A DNA stretch of 64,000 nt, from contig OZ024746.1 of assembly GCA_964016885.1 (NCBI GenBank), positions 62,124,001 through 62,188,000 of the forward strand, read 5' to 3'. The DNA is from Eledone cirrhosa. Taxonomy: Eukaryota. The notes under the pieces are model-generated. The model made no database searches. It had not been told where the DNA came from and was given only the letters and a program-made list of their open reading frames with translations. Positions 13,441-27,687 of the stretch are shown here, piece after piece (positions within the stretch are counted from its first letter, which is position 1; each line of letters starts with the position of its first letter). A program made the position numbers and the translations under genes.

Positions 13441-14588
13441 CACCCATCCAGCCATACAAACACACATACATAAATACATACATACAGTTATGATTTAAAG
13501 GAAATGTGACTTATATTTCAAGCAGTTCAATAAACTACGTAGAGATTCCATCCCTGGGCAGTTATGTTGCTATTATATTGATAATTACCACACGATCTGT
13601 ACCATCACCATCACCATCATCATCGCCACCACCACCCCCAGCAACCAGCACCAACAACCAGCATCATCACCAACACAACCACCACCATTACCACCATCGC
13701 CACCACCACTAGCAGTATCACCACCACAACCTATATCACCACCACAACCGCTATCACCACCACAAACGCTATCCCCACCACCACCACCATCACCACTGTC
13801 GTCGTCAACTTTATCCTTTTAGATAATTATTTAATTAGTTTAGCAATGATCTCAGAAGCTACTATATAGAATATATAAAGAAGTGTGTGACGTTTAGGCG
13901 GTAATAAACAAATATGGAACGTTAGCAGCCGACAGCGCGGCAGCAGCCGACATCAGCCGCCATTATAACCTACTGCATAAACACACAGTTGGAAACGTTT
14001 AACGGGAGAGTTTTTCTTACAAGGCAACTTCATCAAACCACCAATTAGGATAATGTAACCCCAAATTACCGACACCTATTGTCATTCGTTGGGCAGAAGG
14101 GGCCACCGTCTGCAGCCAAGTGTGAAGTCTACTATAGCTTGTTTTCTTTTCTTTTTTTTTTTATATATTGTATATTGTAATTTTATTCCCTTTTCTACCA
14201 TTAGTTTTTGTTTATTTACATTTCTTTTTCTATTTTGTTCTTAGTTGTTATTTTATTTAGCTTTATTTTTCTTTTGTTATTATTTTTTCCAATTTTGTTT
14301 CGGCCGTCATTGATGGTGTCGGTGTCAATAAGATAGCCGTTTTCCCGCTGATTGTGACAGAGGCTCGTATAATTATCTTCCCGTCTTTGCTATAATGGAA
14401 TCGGGTTTTGCGGCAGCGCTGTGGGATATTGCATTCATTTATTTATATGCTCTACAGTTATTTCTGTGCTGTCAATCAATGCTGCTTAAATTGCTGAATT
14501 AGAGACTTCTATTAAAGTAATCCGACCTCTGACCAGATAATATTTTTTTCCTTTGCTTGTTTTTTTTTTTGGTTTTTTAACTTACAAT

Positions 14589-14623
<35 letters not shown>

Positions 14624-14878
14624 TTATTATTATTATTTTTTATTTTTTGGATTCTATTTGCATCTGCAGATCTAGTCAACTGCCTTCCTCAGCTTCCTCC
14701 CCGTTCCCACTTGCAAAGGAGCGAGTTCAATTCCAGGTGGAATTTACCTGTCACTTGCCCATTACTAAGGTGTAACTGAAATGTCGTAAACACAACCAAC
14801 TGAGTGCAATTACTCAGGATCACGGTCCTTAACAGAAGATGTCATCTGCAATCTCGCTCTCTCTCTCTCTCGCTCTCG

Positions 14879-14998
<120 letters not shown>

Positions 14999-15075
14999 CT
15001 CTCTCTTTCTCTTTCTCTCTGTCAATATATATATATATACACACACACATATATATATATATTTATATTTATATT

Positions 15076-15168
<93 letters not shown>

Positions 15169-15174
15169 ATACAT

Positions 15175-15242
<68 letters not shown>

Positions 15243-15256
15243 CTATCTATCTACCT

Positions 15257-15288
<32 letters not shown>

Positions 15289-15563
15289 CTACCCGTCTAT
15301 CTAGATTTTACACACATATATGTGCCTACTCTACCTTTCGTCCACTTATCTAACGAACCATCTGCTTTATAGTTTGTCAGTATGTAAGTGTATCTGCCTG
15401 GCTGCCCACCTTTCTAGTTATATCTGGCTATCAATCTCTCCCTGTAAAGGAATAATAGAAACCTTTAAACTGATATTTGTATTCGACACAACCGAAACCG
15501 GATCTCACTCAACACTAGTTCAGTCAGGAGCACGTATACCCTTTTAGAATGTTTATACATACC

Positions 15564-15692
<129 letters not shown>

Positions 15693-15779
15693 CGGTACCC
15701 CGGCCGATTAACTCACTCGATATGAAAATTAAGCTGCTCAGCCGTTAATATGCATAAGGAAAGTATATACTTTCAGACG

Positions 15780-16105
15780 TTCAACCATCTGGCAGTAAGG
15801 TATACGCTGCTGACGATAGCTAATAAGCTTGAAACTAGTACAGCGTTCCTTTGTCAGTGTTGAACAAACGAGCAACGATGGTTGCTGGACACTACGGCTT
15901 AATACGGGATGTTTGTTTACAAACACACCGAGCATTATAATAAATGTTCGGTGAATCCATACGTACATATATATATATGTGTGCATGTATGTATATATAC
16001 ATACTACTGTACGTCTGTATACATATATGTATGTACGTATACATACTTATATTTAAGTAACAGCCGTACTAAGAGTGAGAAATGAAATTTCGTTTCATTT
16101 TTTCC

Positions 16106-16110
<5 letters not shown>
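15780..16110 (+). mobile_element. PLE-like terminal repeat family H5, copy 1
   Basis: Near-identical to 26895-27212; both end at ttccgtt(TA)n. Confidence 0.8.
15804..15846 (+). ncRNA. Minimal type I hammerhead ribozyme (family H5)
   Basis: acgctg-CTGACGA-t agct aata agct t-GAAA-ctag-TA-cagcgt; 6-bp stem I, palindromic ACUAGU stem III. Confidence 0.9.
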
Positions 16111-16193
<83 letters not shown>

Positions 16194-16213
16194 CTATGTG
16201 TATACGGTTATAT

Positions 16214-16390
16214 ATAGGAAAAGAGTCAGGACTCCGACGGCTGAGCTCCGGCCGTTTCGACAGCTAGATTTGGATCTAGCTGTCGAAACGGCCGGAGTCC
16301 TGACTTTTTCCTATTACCCACTCTACTACCTTAAGTATTGAGTACTCTGGTGCATTATGGTCCACCTGCTATCCTACTATACTCTCTTTG

Positions 16391-16392
<2 letters not shown>
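16214..16392 (+). mobile_element. Fold-back family H2; apex at putative hammerhead stem II
   Basis: ggactcc..ggccgtttcgacagctagat-ttgg-atctagctgtcgaaacggccggagtcc; the left arm reverse complement gives GAAA-cggc..gccg-TC. Confidence 0.75.
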
Positions 16393-16453
<61 letters not shown>

Positions 16454-16537
16454 GGAGGTGAGTTTTATTGTAGTACAATAAAGCAATGCAGATATCGGAT
16501 AAGAAGCACTCTACAGTTTGTAGGACTGGAGTATACA

Positions 16538-16761
16538 TAATATAAGATCAAAAGATGGTTAAAGGAGTTCCATGTATTTTATTATGCGCATTTCAAAAAC
16601 AATGTTGATTTAAAACTGCACTATCCACAAGTGTTTTTTAGCCTTCATATCATGTTCTCCTGTTTTATCTGATGAAAACACAAATATTATTGCATGATGA
16701 TGTTTGTTTTTGAAATGCGCATAATAAAATACATGGAACTCCTTTAACCATCTTTTGATCT

Positions 16762-16770
<9 letters not shown>
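16538..16770 (+). mobile_element. Fold-back PLE-like insertion
   Basis: Inverted arms ~16538-16602 and ~16705-16770, ending in (TA)n. Confidence 0.8.
16663..16729 (+). ncRNA. Minimal type I hammerhead ribozyme
   Basis: ttttat-CTGATGA(16669)-aaacacaaatattatt..gatgatgtttgttttt-GAAA(16712)-tgcgca-TA-ataaaa. Confidence 0.85.
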
Positions 16771-16824
<54 letters not shown>

Positions 16825-16868
16825 AATAACAGGAAGCTGGTCTGGTGTAAATCCTTGAAAGGTTTATT

Positions 16869-16926
16869 ATACTATGATCATTTCAATGACCGGGTTCAGT
16901 ATGAATCCGGTGACATCATCAGGTAT
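16869..16926 (-). ncRNA. Minimal type I hammerhead ribozyme
   Basis: Minus: atac-CTGATGA-tgtcaccggattc atact gaacccggtcatt-GAAA-tgatca-TA-gtat-AATAAA. Confidence 0.85.
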
Positions 16927-17053
16927 TCAAAATATAACAAAGGAATATAACAGATAAAATCCATGGTGCTGAAAATCAGAGACAAGAGGACGACTGACTA
17001 TTTAGCAGCTTCTATCTCGGTCGGCCGCCCTCATATGTATATATGAGTGTGTG

Positions 17054-17090
<37 letters not shown>

Positions 17091-17143
17091 GTGGGTTTTT
17101 TTTTACAAAATGAAAAATAACCGGTGTCCTACACGAGTGAAAG

Positions 17144-17415
17144 TATAAAGAAAAAGAGATGAAATCGAAAATGCAACTGAAGTCTTATTTTTTTTTTAAA
17201 TATATATATTTATTTGGTTCCTTTACCGGTTTCGCAGTTCTTCTGCTTTTCAAAAGGTGAGTTGAGATGGAGGGTCTGTGGTTTTTCTCACATCTCAACT
17301 CACCTTTTGAAAAGCAGAAGAACTGCGAAACCGGTAAAGGAAACAAATAAATATATATATTTTTTTTAAAAATAAGACTCCAGTTGCATTTTCGATTTCA
17401 TCTCTTTTTCTTTAT
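17144..17415. mobile_element. Fold-back PLE-like insertion with a variant hammerhead in each arm
   Basis: ~125-bp inverted arms around spacer ~17270-17290. Confidence 0.8.
17303..17340 (+). ncRNA. Hammerhead-like motif with variant core UUGAAAA
   Basis: cctt-TTGAAAA-gcag aagaa ctgc-GAAA-ccgg-TA-aagg; mirror copy ~17220-17257 on minus. Confidence 0.65.
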
Positions 17416-17539
17416 ATATATATATATATATATATAGTGGTAGAACACTGGAAGGTAATATCGCTAGTGGTAGAGCACTCAGTCCATGGGACGAGTTAGG
17501 TTAGGTAGAAGTGGTTACACAACAGTTAGTTCAACATAC

Positions 17540-17577
17540 CGAGAACAATTGTTTCACCTTAGCGGATCCTCAGCTCG
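17540..17577 (-). ncRNA. Minimal type I hammerhead ribozyme
   Basis: Minus: cgag-CTGAGGA-tcc gctaa ggt-GAAA-caattg-TT-ctcg. Confidence 0.75.
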
Positions 17578-18255
17578 TAATTATATATATATAGAAGTGG
17601 TTACACTTCTATATATATATATATAATTGGTGTGGGATGAGTACAGTGAGAGTGTGTAGATATGTGTATATTTATCAAAATTACCTTTGAATTAACCTTC
17701 TTGAAAGGCTATTTCAAGCATTCTTTTAAAAACGTTCTTTTTACAGGGTTTTTCTTTTTGAAATGTGTGTTTTTTAAGGTATTTTGAGGGTGTGTTTTTC
17801 TGAGACGTTCTGTTCAATGTCTTTCCATTTTTTTTTTTTAAATTCTTCCTAAGTATTCGCTGCACATTCAATATCTACTGTGATTGTCGCATATAATACA
17901 GTTGCGGGTGTGTACGTGATCGCTGTGGGTGTATAAGTGCCCGTATGTATTACGCCTGCGCGAAACATGGACATGGGTGAGGGCGTCTACAGGTTGAGAA
18001 GGCGGCGACTGGGCGCGAGCGGTTCAATCATACAACCCCTTACCTCCTACAGTAGTAATTCCGATTTAAGAAACAACTTTGATTGACAGGAGGTGAATGA
18101 AAGGAAGCAAATATAGGACGGCCATGAGTGGCCAAAAATACCGATGACGTGTACAATTCTTGACCACTCCATAGAATGACAACCACAGGATCTAAGCTGC
18201 CGAGTGAGGGCCGCGGGTGTAACTGAACATTTCGAAACTCTGCTCCGTAGAATCG

Positions 18256-18352
18256 AGACGTATCTGAGGACCTTGCGATTTCAGAGTCAGGTTCGATCAT
18301 TACATCGATTGTGCCTCGAGCTGGTCGCCAGAGAAACGATTGTAATATGTCT
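18256..18352 (+). ncRNA. Type I hammerhead with enlarged stem II (family H6)
   Basis: agacgtat-CTGAGGA(18264)-62 nt-GAAA(18333)-cgattg-TA-atatgtct-AATAAA; 8-bp stem I. Confidence 0.8.
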
Positions 18353-18559
18353 AATAAATTTTATTCGTCGCAACACTGATTCTCCGTTTCTTCTGTGATA
18401 TATATATATATATCAGTGGCGAAGGGTAACCTGGAAAGCAGGGCATGCAGTCCAATCGCCATGGCGGAAAGTGGGGCTGTGCAGCCCCCCCCCCCCCAAA
18501 AAAAAAAAAGAATTTCCTCAAAATGGCCCTCCCGGTCAAAGCCGCATGTAGTGTTATCT

Positions 18560-18935
18560 AGTGTGTGTGTGTTATCTTTTTATGTGTCTACGATTTAGCA
18601 ACCAGCCAAAATATTGATTGCTTCAACCGACGCTGTCGCGTGTCGCGTGTGTGGGTGTGTGTGTGTGTTATCTTTTTACGTGTCTACGGTTTAGCAAGCA
18701 ACCAAAATTCTGCTTGCTTCAACCGACGCTGTCGTGTGTGTGTGTGTGTATGTGTGTGTGTGTGTGTGTTATCTTTTTATGTGTCTACGGTTTAGCAAGC
18801 AACCAAAATTCTGCTTGCTTCAACCAACACTGTCGTGTGTTTGTGTGTATGTGTGTGTGTGTGTGTTGTCTTTTTATGTGTCTACGATTTAGCAAGCAGC
18901 CAAAATTCTGCTTGTTCAACCGACGCTGTCGTGTG
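18560..18935. repeat. ~100-110-bp tandem repeat x4 with (GT)n linkers
   Basis: ttatctttttatgtgtctacgatttagcaa...ttcaaccgacgctgtcg repeated. Confidence 0.9.
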
Positions 18936-18936
18936 C

Positions 18937-19024
<88 letters not shown>

Positions 19025-19125
19025 CGCGTATATGTGTGTACAAAAAGTAAACAGAAACAACAAAGCAAACAACACAGTACAATGAAGAAATATATTAGTT
19101 TAACGCTTGATATAGTAGGAAAGGT

Positions 19126-19163
19126 ATATTTACATTTCGGACACTAGTCCTTCATCAAAAGAT
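19126..19163 (-). ncRNA. Degenerate minimal hammerhead
   Basis: Minus: atctt-TTGATGA-a ggac tagt gtcc-GAAA-tg-TA-aatat; tail related to 111-300. Confidence 0.6.
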
Positions 19164-19255
19164 GGAATGATAAATAAAAGATGAAATAGAAAGATAGAGT
19201 GAAAAGATGTTTTATTTCAGAAAATAACCACTTGTGTGTTCAGTCACCCATATAT

Positions 19256-19822
19256 ATATATCAACTAGAAATTGATTGACATATATATCTAAAATAAACA
19301 TATGAAACAATCACAGGGAATAATTTGTAAAGTGTGTAAGCACACACAGCTAGGTAGGTAACTAATTAAAGTTTAATGAGAACTTCAAATATAGATACCT
19401 TTTAAAATGATTAATCTTCCTTGTATATATTTCAAATATATTTCTTTAATGAAATATATTTGAAATATATACAAGGAAGATTAATCATTTTAAAAGGTAT
19501 CTATATTTGAAGTTCTCGTTATACTTTAAATAGCTAGGTAGGTAACTAATTAAAGTATAACCAGAACTTCAAATATAGATACCTTTTAAAATGATTAATC
19601 TTCCTTGTATATATTTCAAATATATTTCATTAAAGAAATATATTTGAAATATATACAAGGAAGATTAATCATTTTAAAAGGTATCTATATTTGAAGTTCT
19701 CGTTAAACTTTAATTAGTTACCTACCTAGCTATGTGTGCTTACACACTTTACAAATTATTCCCTGTGATTGTTTCATATGTTTATTTTAGATATATATGT
19801 CAATCTATTTCTAGTTGATATA
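19256..19822. mobile_element. Double (nested) fold-back with flip/flop loops
   Basis: Apex loops tttaat (19445-19450) and attaaa (19629-19634) are reverse complements; each is followed by ttt-GAAA-tata-TA-caagg. Confidence 0.85.
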
Positions 19823-19930
19823 AAATGCTCGGATCTATGCATTGGAATCTTTGAGTATATTCTACAGTGGATATGGCGCATGTCTCTCGGACATGACACC
19901 CTTAATTTAATTTTGTATATATATATATAT

Positions 19931-20052
19931 AAATAACAAAGAGCGTATGGTAAGATACCAGGTGGACTATAACGCACCAGAGTACTCAATACTTAGGGTA
20001 GTAGAGTGGGTAATAGGAAAAAAGTCAGGACCCAGATGGCTGAGCTCTGGCC

Positions 20053-20057
<5 letters not shown>
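19931..20057 (-). mobile_element. Family H2 fragment, 5'-truncated at the hammerhead (G)AAA
   Basis: Minus strand starts aaacggccagagctcagccatc directly after (TA)n. Confidence 0.7.
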
Positions 20058-20088
<31 letters not shown>

Positions 20089-20134
20089 GGGATAACAATT
20101 ATAGGGACTAATTATAGGTAGTCCACTTCATTCT

Positions 20135-20251
20135 CGCATGCTCTGACGAATAGACTGGTTATAACAAAGTATTGGTGATCGATTGACGCAAAAACAGGCG
20201 GGTAGCGATCTCTAGACCTACCAGTTCAGAGAAACAATTGTCAGCAATGTG
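20135..20251 (+). ncRNA. Type I hammerhead with enlarged stem II
   Basis: cgcatgct-CTGACGA(20143)-..actggt...accagt..-GAAA(20231)-caattg-TC-agcaatgtg-AATAAA. Confidence 0.8.
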
Positions 20252-20294
20252 AATAAAGCCCTTATTGTATAAACCATGTCACTCTTCTTTCTTG

Positions 20295-20371
<77 letters not shown>

Positions 20372-20378
<7 letters not shown>

Positions 20379-20996
20379 GATCGAGTATCGAAAAATCGGC
20401 GCACGAGTTCACGATTAACAATATTCGAAATGAGCGGCAGAGGGCTCAATGGGCTCAATAATTCAGATGAATCAGAGCTATAACTATCGTTAAAATACCG
20501 TCACACATAGAACAAGTCTAAAATCAACCATACGATAAAAAATCGATAATAGAAGATTCGGGACAATCAGATAAAAAATATCAATAAAACAATACATCAA
20601 TAATTTAACTGAATGTAAAATCATACCCGGACCCACTAGAAAGGTGTTAAATCTAGCTTCTTGGGTTTCTGTAAATCCTTAGACTGTACTCCATCAGCTC
20701 ACATATAAATATATAAGACTTCTGGAGCAAGCGGAATGGAAGTTTACTTCATCAACGAGCTTTTTCCTAGCGGATAAGAGGCTAACTACAAGCGAAATAC
20801 GCACATGGAATCCGGCAAGGGAGATAACCTCTACATCCGCGAAAACTATTCGAGGAAATGTGGAAATACACATATCGAATAAGAGTGCTCAATAGACATG
20901 TTAAAATAAAACAGGAGCTATTCATCACTCAATAGAATCGACAAAAAATGAGCAATAAAATTAACTGGTGGATAGCTATGTCCAGAGCTAAAAATA

Positions 20997-21000
<4 letters not shown>
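20372..21000. mobile_element. ~630-bp (TA)n-embedded element, family S, copy A
   Basis: Colinear conserved blocks with 27684-28287 (attcagatgaa, acccggaccc, tgggtttctg, cggcaagggag, agctattcatca, aaaattaactggt). Confidence 0.7.
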
Positions 21001-21046
<46 letters not shown>

Positions 21047-21153
21047 AAAGAATAGAGGTGTATATATATATATATACAGTTAAAAGAATAGAGGTGTATA
21101 TATCGAGGGAGGGGGGGTTGAGAGATAAGTGTATAATCGGGGTCTTACTGGTT

Positions 21154-21484
<331 letters not shown>

Positions 21485-21570
21485 TCTAACCCAGAAAAAA
21501 AGAGAGTGAGAGACAAAAAAAAGGAAAAAAAAAATTTTTTTCTTCCTCATAATCGTCTCTTTCTCCCTGT

Positions 21571-21635
<65 letters not shown>

Positions 21636-21761
21636 CATGAATATAGACATAGAATATTCGAAAATATTCTGTATGTTTATAATAAACATTTTGAAGACCT
21701 AATCGCTATAGAATAGAATACGTCACGTATTACAATTAGATTCTCGATAAAAGAAAGGGAA

Positions 21762-21804
21762 GTAATCTACGCGTTTCATTCTTGTTAGAAATCATCAGGA
21801 CTAC
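21762..21804 (-). ncRNA. Minimal type I hammerhead ribozyme
   Basis: Minus: gtagtc-CTGATGA-tttc taacaa gaat-GAAA-cgcg-TA-gattac. Confidence 0.85.
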
Positions 21805-21894
21805 ATATCCAGTGCTTTTATCGAGAATGACACAGCTAGAGACTTATAGAATACTTAGCTGTGTACAGGAACTGGTTTGAAAGAGCGGTTGCCG

Positions 21895-22381
<487 letters not shown>

Positions 22382-22744
22382 TATATATATATATATGTAT
22401 ATTTATATAATTTTTATATAATTTTTATATAATTTTTCGGGTCTGTTGAATAACATTGAGCTATATCTTATACTGTCATTTCTCTAATACGACGAGTGTG
22501 TTTAGCTCTAATGCACTCAAGTATTTTTATCTTATATATATATATATATATACCCATCTATCTATTACCCATCTATCTATCTATTTATCTATCTATCTAT
22601 TCATATCCATCAATCTATTTATCAATCTACCTACCTACCAACCTACCTACCTACCTACCTACCTACTTACCTTCCTACATATCTACCTTCCTTCCTTTAT
22701 CCCTACCTACTTACCTAACTATCTATCTATCTATCTATATATAT

Positions 22745-22810
<66 letters not shown>

Positions 22811-23522
22811 CTTCCGGGGTTGGTAGAATAAAGAAGCCGCTCAATAAATATCGGTGCCAATCTTAATCATCCATTATATATCCAACTCCCGCCTGTAAAA
22901 TAAATTCTAGGACATGTGCAAATGCTGGAATTCCTGTATATTCTATTATACATGACACGCCAAAACCTAGCAAACTGACAAATCTTCATGGAATTACAGG
23001 GAAATATCGATTAATGAATCAATCACGCCTTCTCTAGATATGATCCAATAGAAAGTTTGAACTACAATTTCTAGTGAACAGCGAAACAGCAGGCCGGTTA
23101 GTGATAATAGCGACTATCATCGTGTTGATAAAGTAATTAATTTATATGATGCTGTGTATACCCCCCCCCCCCCCCCCCCCCGAACCATTCTCCCCCTATA
23201 TACCCCAGACATCAAGGTAAAAGTGAATGGTCAAAAGAGAAACGTTCACTCAATGAAAATATCTCTATAAATTGCTACTGAAATTTGCTGCTCATCGTTG
23301 AAACTTTGTAGTTTCCTCTCAAGAGTACAACGCTGCCTCATAAATAGAAGATAAAAATATATATGTGTATATATGTTTTGATCATTTACAATTACTTTCA
23401 TCAAGAAGCCATCCACACACACACATATATATATAATGTATATATAAATATGATGTATATATATAATATATATATATATATGTGATATATATATATATAA
23501 TGTATATATATATATAATGTAT

Positions 23523-23588
<66 letters not shown>

Positions 23589-23754
23589 TATATATGTATA
23601 TATATATATACACGTATATATATATAGAGATAATGTAATATATATATCTGATATATATATATATAATATATATGTATATATATATATATACATACACGTA
23701 TATATATAGAGATAATGTAATATATATATCTGATATATATATATATATATAATA

Positions 23755-23803
<49 letters not shown>

Positions 23804-24167
23804 GTTATATATATAGAGATAATGTAATATATATATCTGATATATATATATATAATATATATGTATATATATATATATATATACACGTATATATATAGAG
23901 ATAATGTAATATATATATCTGATATATATATATATTATATATATGTGTGTGTGTGATATATTATATATATATATATATATATGATATATATATCGAGGGA
24001 GGGGGGGGGGGGGTTGAGAGATAAAGGTACATGTGTACATACGTGTTTATGTATAATTATGTATAGCTATATTTGTACATATATGCATATATATATGGGG
24101 GGCGTGAGTCTGTATGTGTGTATGTATATATGTAAATATAAGTGCATATACATATATATGTGCGCAC

Positions 24168-24230
<63 letters not shown>

Positions 24231-24253
24231 ATCATCTCTCTCTCTCTCTGTAC

Positions 24254-24320
<67 letters not shown>

Positions 24321-25218
24321 ATACGTGTGTGTATTTGTGTGTGTGTATGTGTGTGTGTGGCTGTGTAGGTATATGTATGTATTCGTCTAAACACATCATG
24401 TTTGCTATTAAAAAAGCATTATTGCTCATGTTTTTGCTGATTACCGCATATAATTTGCTCCTTTGAAAATAAATTGTTGGATTGGAAAAAAATGAGAGAA
24501 AGTAGTGAGAGAAAAAGAAAGAAAAAAATGGAATATGAAGGATAAAAAGAGAAAAAGAAAATGAAGCGAGACAGAAGGTAAGTATGAAAGTAAGTCTATT
24601 CAGTTTAGGATTTGCGAAAAGTAAAAATAAAGGAAAAAAAAAAAAAAATCGGCAAAATAAAAAGCAGTGAATTTTCGTTAGATATGATATTAACTAAACA
24701 TAAAACAGCCATCTTTTCGCATATTAACGAAACATAAAACAGCCATGTTGCCCGTGTGAAATGACACTTTAAGTAAAGCTTGGTTAGTTAAACAACGATT
24801 GGCTTCTTACTCCATTGAATACTAAACTATATATAGTGAGGCTTTTTATATTATTGTTGTATATTTCATATCGTTTGCTGCCAGTGATTACCAGTCTTTG
24901 CTGTTGGTGGGTTGGCAATAAAAACATGACTTTTAATAGAAGAAAGTCTTTAGCTATTAACGTAACCTGCATTTGTCAGTGGTGGCGCTCTTCTTTCATG
25001 TTTAAATAGATTCCGACTGTTTATATATTACTGCAATCGTATCTGTGAGTGTGCGTGTGACGGGGAATGTTGGTGAGTGTATGTGTGTATGTGTGTATAT
25101 GTGTGACGGAGAATATTGGTGTGTCTTGTCTTTACCGGTATGTGTTAATGATGAGAGTGAATTGCGTTGGTGTGAAGGTACGCACACAGACGTTTGCATA
25201 ATTGAAAGAATGAATACT

Positions 25219-25249
<31 letters not shown>

Positions 25250-25252
25250 GTG

Positions 25253-25329
<77 letters not shown>

Positions 25330-25336
25330 GTATGTG

Positions 25337-25431
<95 letters not shown>

Positions 25432-25574
25432 GTGTGTGTATATATATATGTGTGAGTGTGTGTGTGTGTGGTTTGTGTGTATACATATATATACATATAT
25501 AAATATATATATATAATATATATTATATATATATATTTATATATATATATATGTGTGTGTGTGGGTGTGCGTGC

Positions 25575-25615
<41 letters not shown>

Positions 25616-25674
25616 TATATATATATTTATATATATTATATATATATATATTATATATATATATATATTATATA

Positions 25675-25790
<116 letters not shown>

Positions 25791-25791
25791 C

Positions 25792-25887
<96 letters not shown>

Positions 25888-25914
25888 TACGTGTGTTGTT
25901 TTTTCTCCCACTTT

Positions 25915-26518
25915 TACGTTCTGAGTTCAAATCCCACCGAGGTTAGCTTTGCCCTTCTCATCCTTGCGGGGTTGATAAAATAAAGTACCAGTAATACACT
26001 GGATATCCATTTAATCGACTTTCCCACCATCCCCACTCTCTCTCTCTCTCTCAAAATTGCTGGCCTTGACCCTAAAATATAAACCATTATAAATATTATT
26101 ATTTTTCTATATTTGCTGACTTTCATAGGCACGTTGTGATATTAGTGTTATGGCAAGGGTTGTTGTGCGACCTATGTGACCTATGCGACCTATGTGACAA
26201 GGATGAGGTTGGTAGCTAATTAGACTGCGTACTTAATGGTAAGAGTATGGAGCGGCAATGGTGAGCTGTTTTGGGAGGAGGAGGCGGAAGTTTCTAGGAT
26301 TAGCGCCCCTGACTTCAGCCACTTTTAGATGGGAACACGTGTGTATCGGTAGAGGGTCGGACGCCATGCTTTGCAGCAAAGAGTTACGGCCCTTTATGGT
26401 CTGTGTTCAAATCCCGCCGAAGTTAACTTTGCCTCTCATCCTTACGGGGTCGATAAAATAAAGTACCAGTAATGCACTGGTGTATTTGCTGGCCTTGTGC
26501 CAAAAGTAGAAACAATTA
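25915..26518 (+). mobile_element. Two SINE family A copies (25915-26090, 26343-26518)
   Basis: B box gttcaaatccc and conserved body. Confidence 0.85.
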
Positions 26519-26573
26519 TTATATCTAGGATTTATAACAAGCTTGATTCATTGCTGGGCATTCATATATATAC

Positions 26574-26645
<72 letters not shown>

Positions 26646-26647
<2 letters not shown>

Positions 26648-26802
26648 GTTTATCCCGGGTTCAATCGGAGGTATAACAGAGTATAAATATTTAATATAGA
26701 AATGGCTTCTACAGGACTAGAACTGTTTCATTCGGCAGAAATCATCAGGGCTTCCTGATTGTTTCTCCCGAATGAAACAGATCTAGTCCTGTAGAAGCCA
26801 TT

Positions 26803-26810
<8 letters not shown>
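26646..26810. mobile_element. Fold-back family H3
   Basis: Apex tcatcaggg-ctt-cctgat; minus arm reads ctgatga-tttc tgcc gaat-gaaacag. Confidence 0.75.
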
Positions 26811-26864
<54 letters not shown>

Positions 26865-26902
26865 ACACGTACATATATGCATACAGACGTACAGGAAGGT
26901 AT

Positions 26903-26945
26903 ACGTTGCTGACGATAGCTAATAAGCTTGAAACTAGTACAGCGT
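26903..26945 (+). ncRNA. Minimal type I hammerhead (family H5, copy 2)
   Basis: Same as 15804-15846; a C>T change in stem I keeps a U-G pair. Confidence 0.88.
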
Positions 26946-27208
26946 TCCTTTGTCAGTGTTGAAGAAACGAGCAACGATGGTTGTTGGACACTACGGCTTA
27001 ATACGGGATGTTTGTTTACAAACACACCGAGCATTATAATAAATGTTCGGTGAATCCATACGTACATATATATATGTGTGCATGTATGTATATATATGTA
27101 TGCATACTACTATACGTCTGTATGCATATATGTATGTACGTGTACATACTTATATTTAAGTAACAGCCGTACTAAGAGTGGGAAATGAAATTTCGTTTCA
27201 TTTTTTCC

Positions 27209-27269
<61 letters not shown>

Positions 27270-27346
27270 GTATATATTGCGTTAGGAACTCAAAATAGTC
27301 TCTTACAACAAAATAGCTCGAAGAAAGAGATATTTCTGAGCCGTAT

Positions 27347-27606
27347 ATTATAATAGAATATAAAAGAAAAACGAACTCAGATATATAGATATATGTGTTC
27401 AAATCGTAAGGGACCTGATTCGCTAAGGTGAAAAGAATACTAACTATAGACAATTGGGTTTGCTTGTCTCAAATTTTTCTTAAATTGAGACAAGCGAACC
27501 CAATTGTCTATAGTTAGTATTCTTTTCACCTTAGCGAATCAGGTCCCTTACGATTTGAACACATATATCTATATATCTGAGTTCGTTTTTCTTTTATATT
27601 CTATTA

Positions 27607-27610
<4 letters not shown>
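27347..27610. mobile_element. Fold-back insertion in (TA)n
   Basis: ~125-bp inverted arms, apex ~27472-27485; degenerate gaacc-caattg-tc next to the apex. Confidence 0.8.
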
Positions 27611-27683
<73 letters not shown>

Positions 27684-27687
<4 letters not shown>

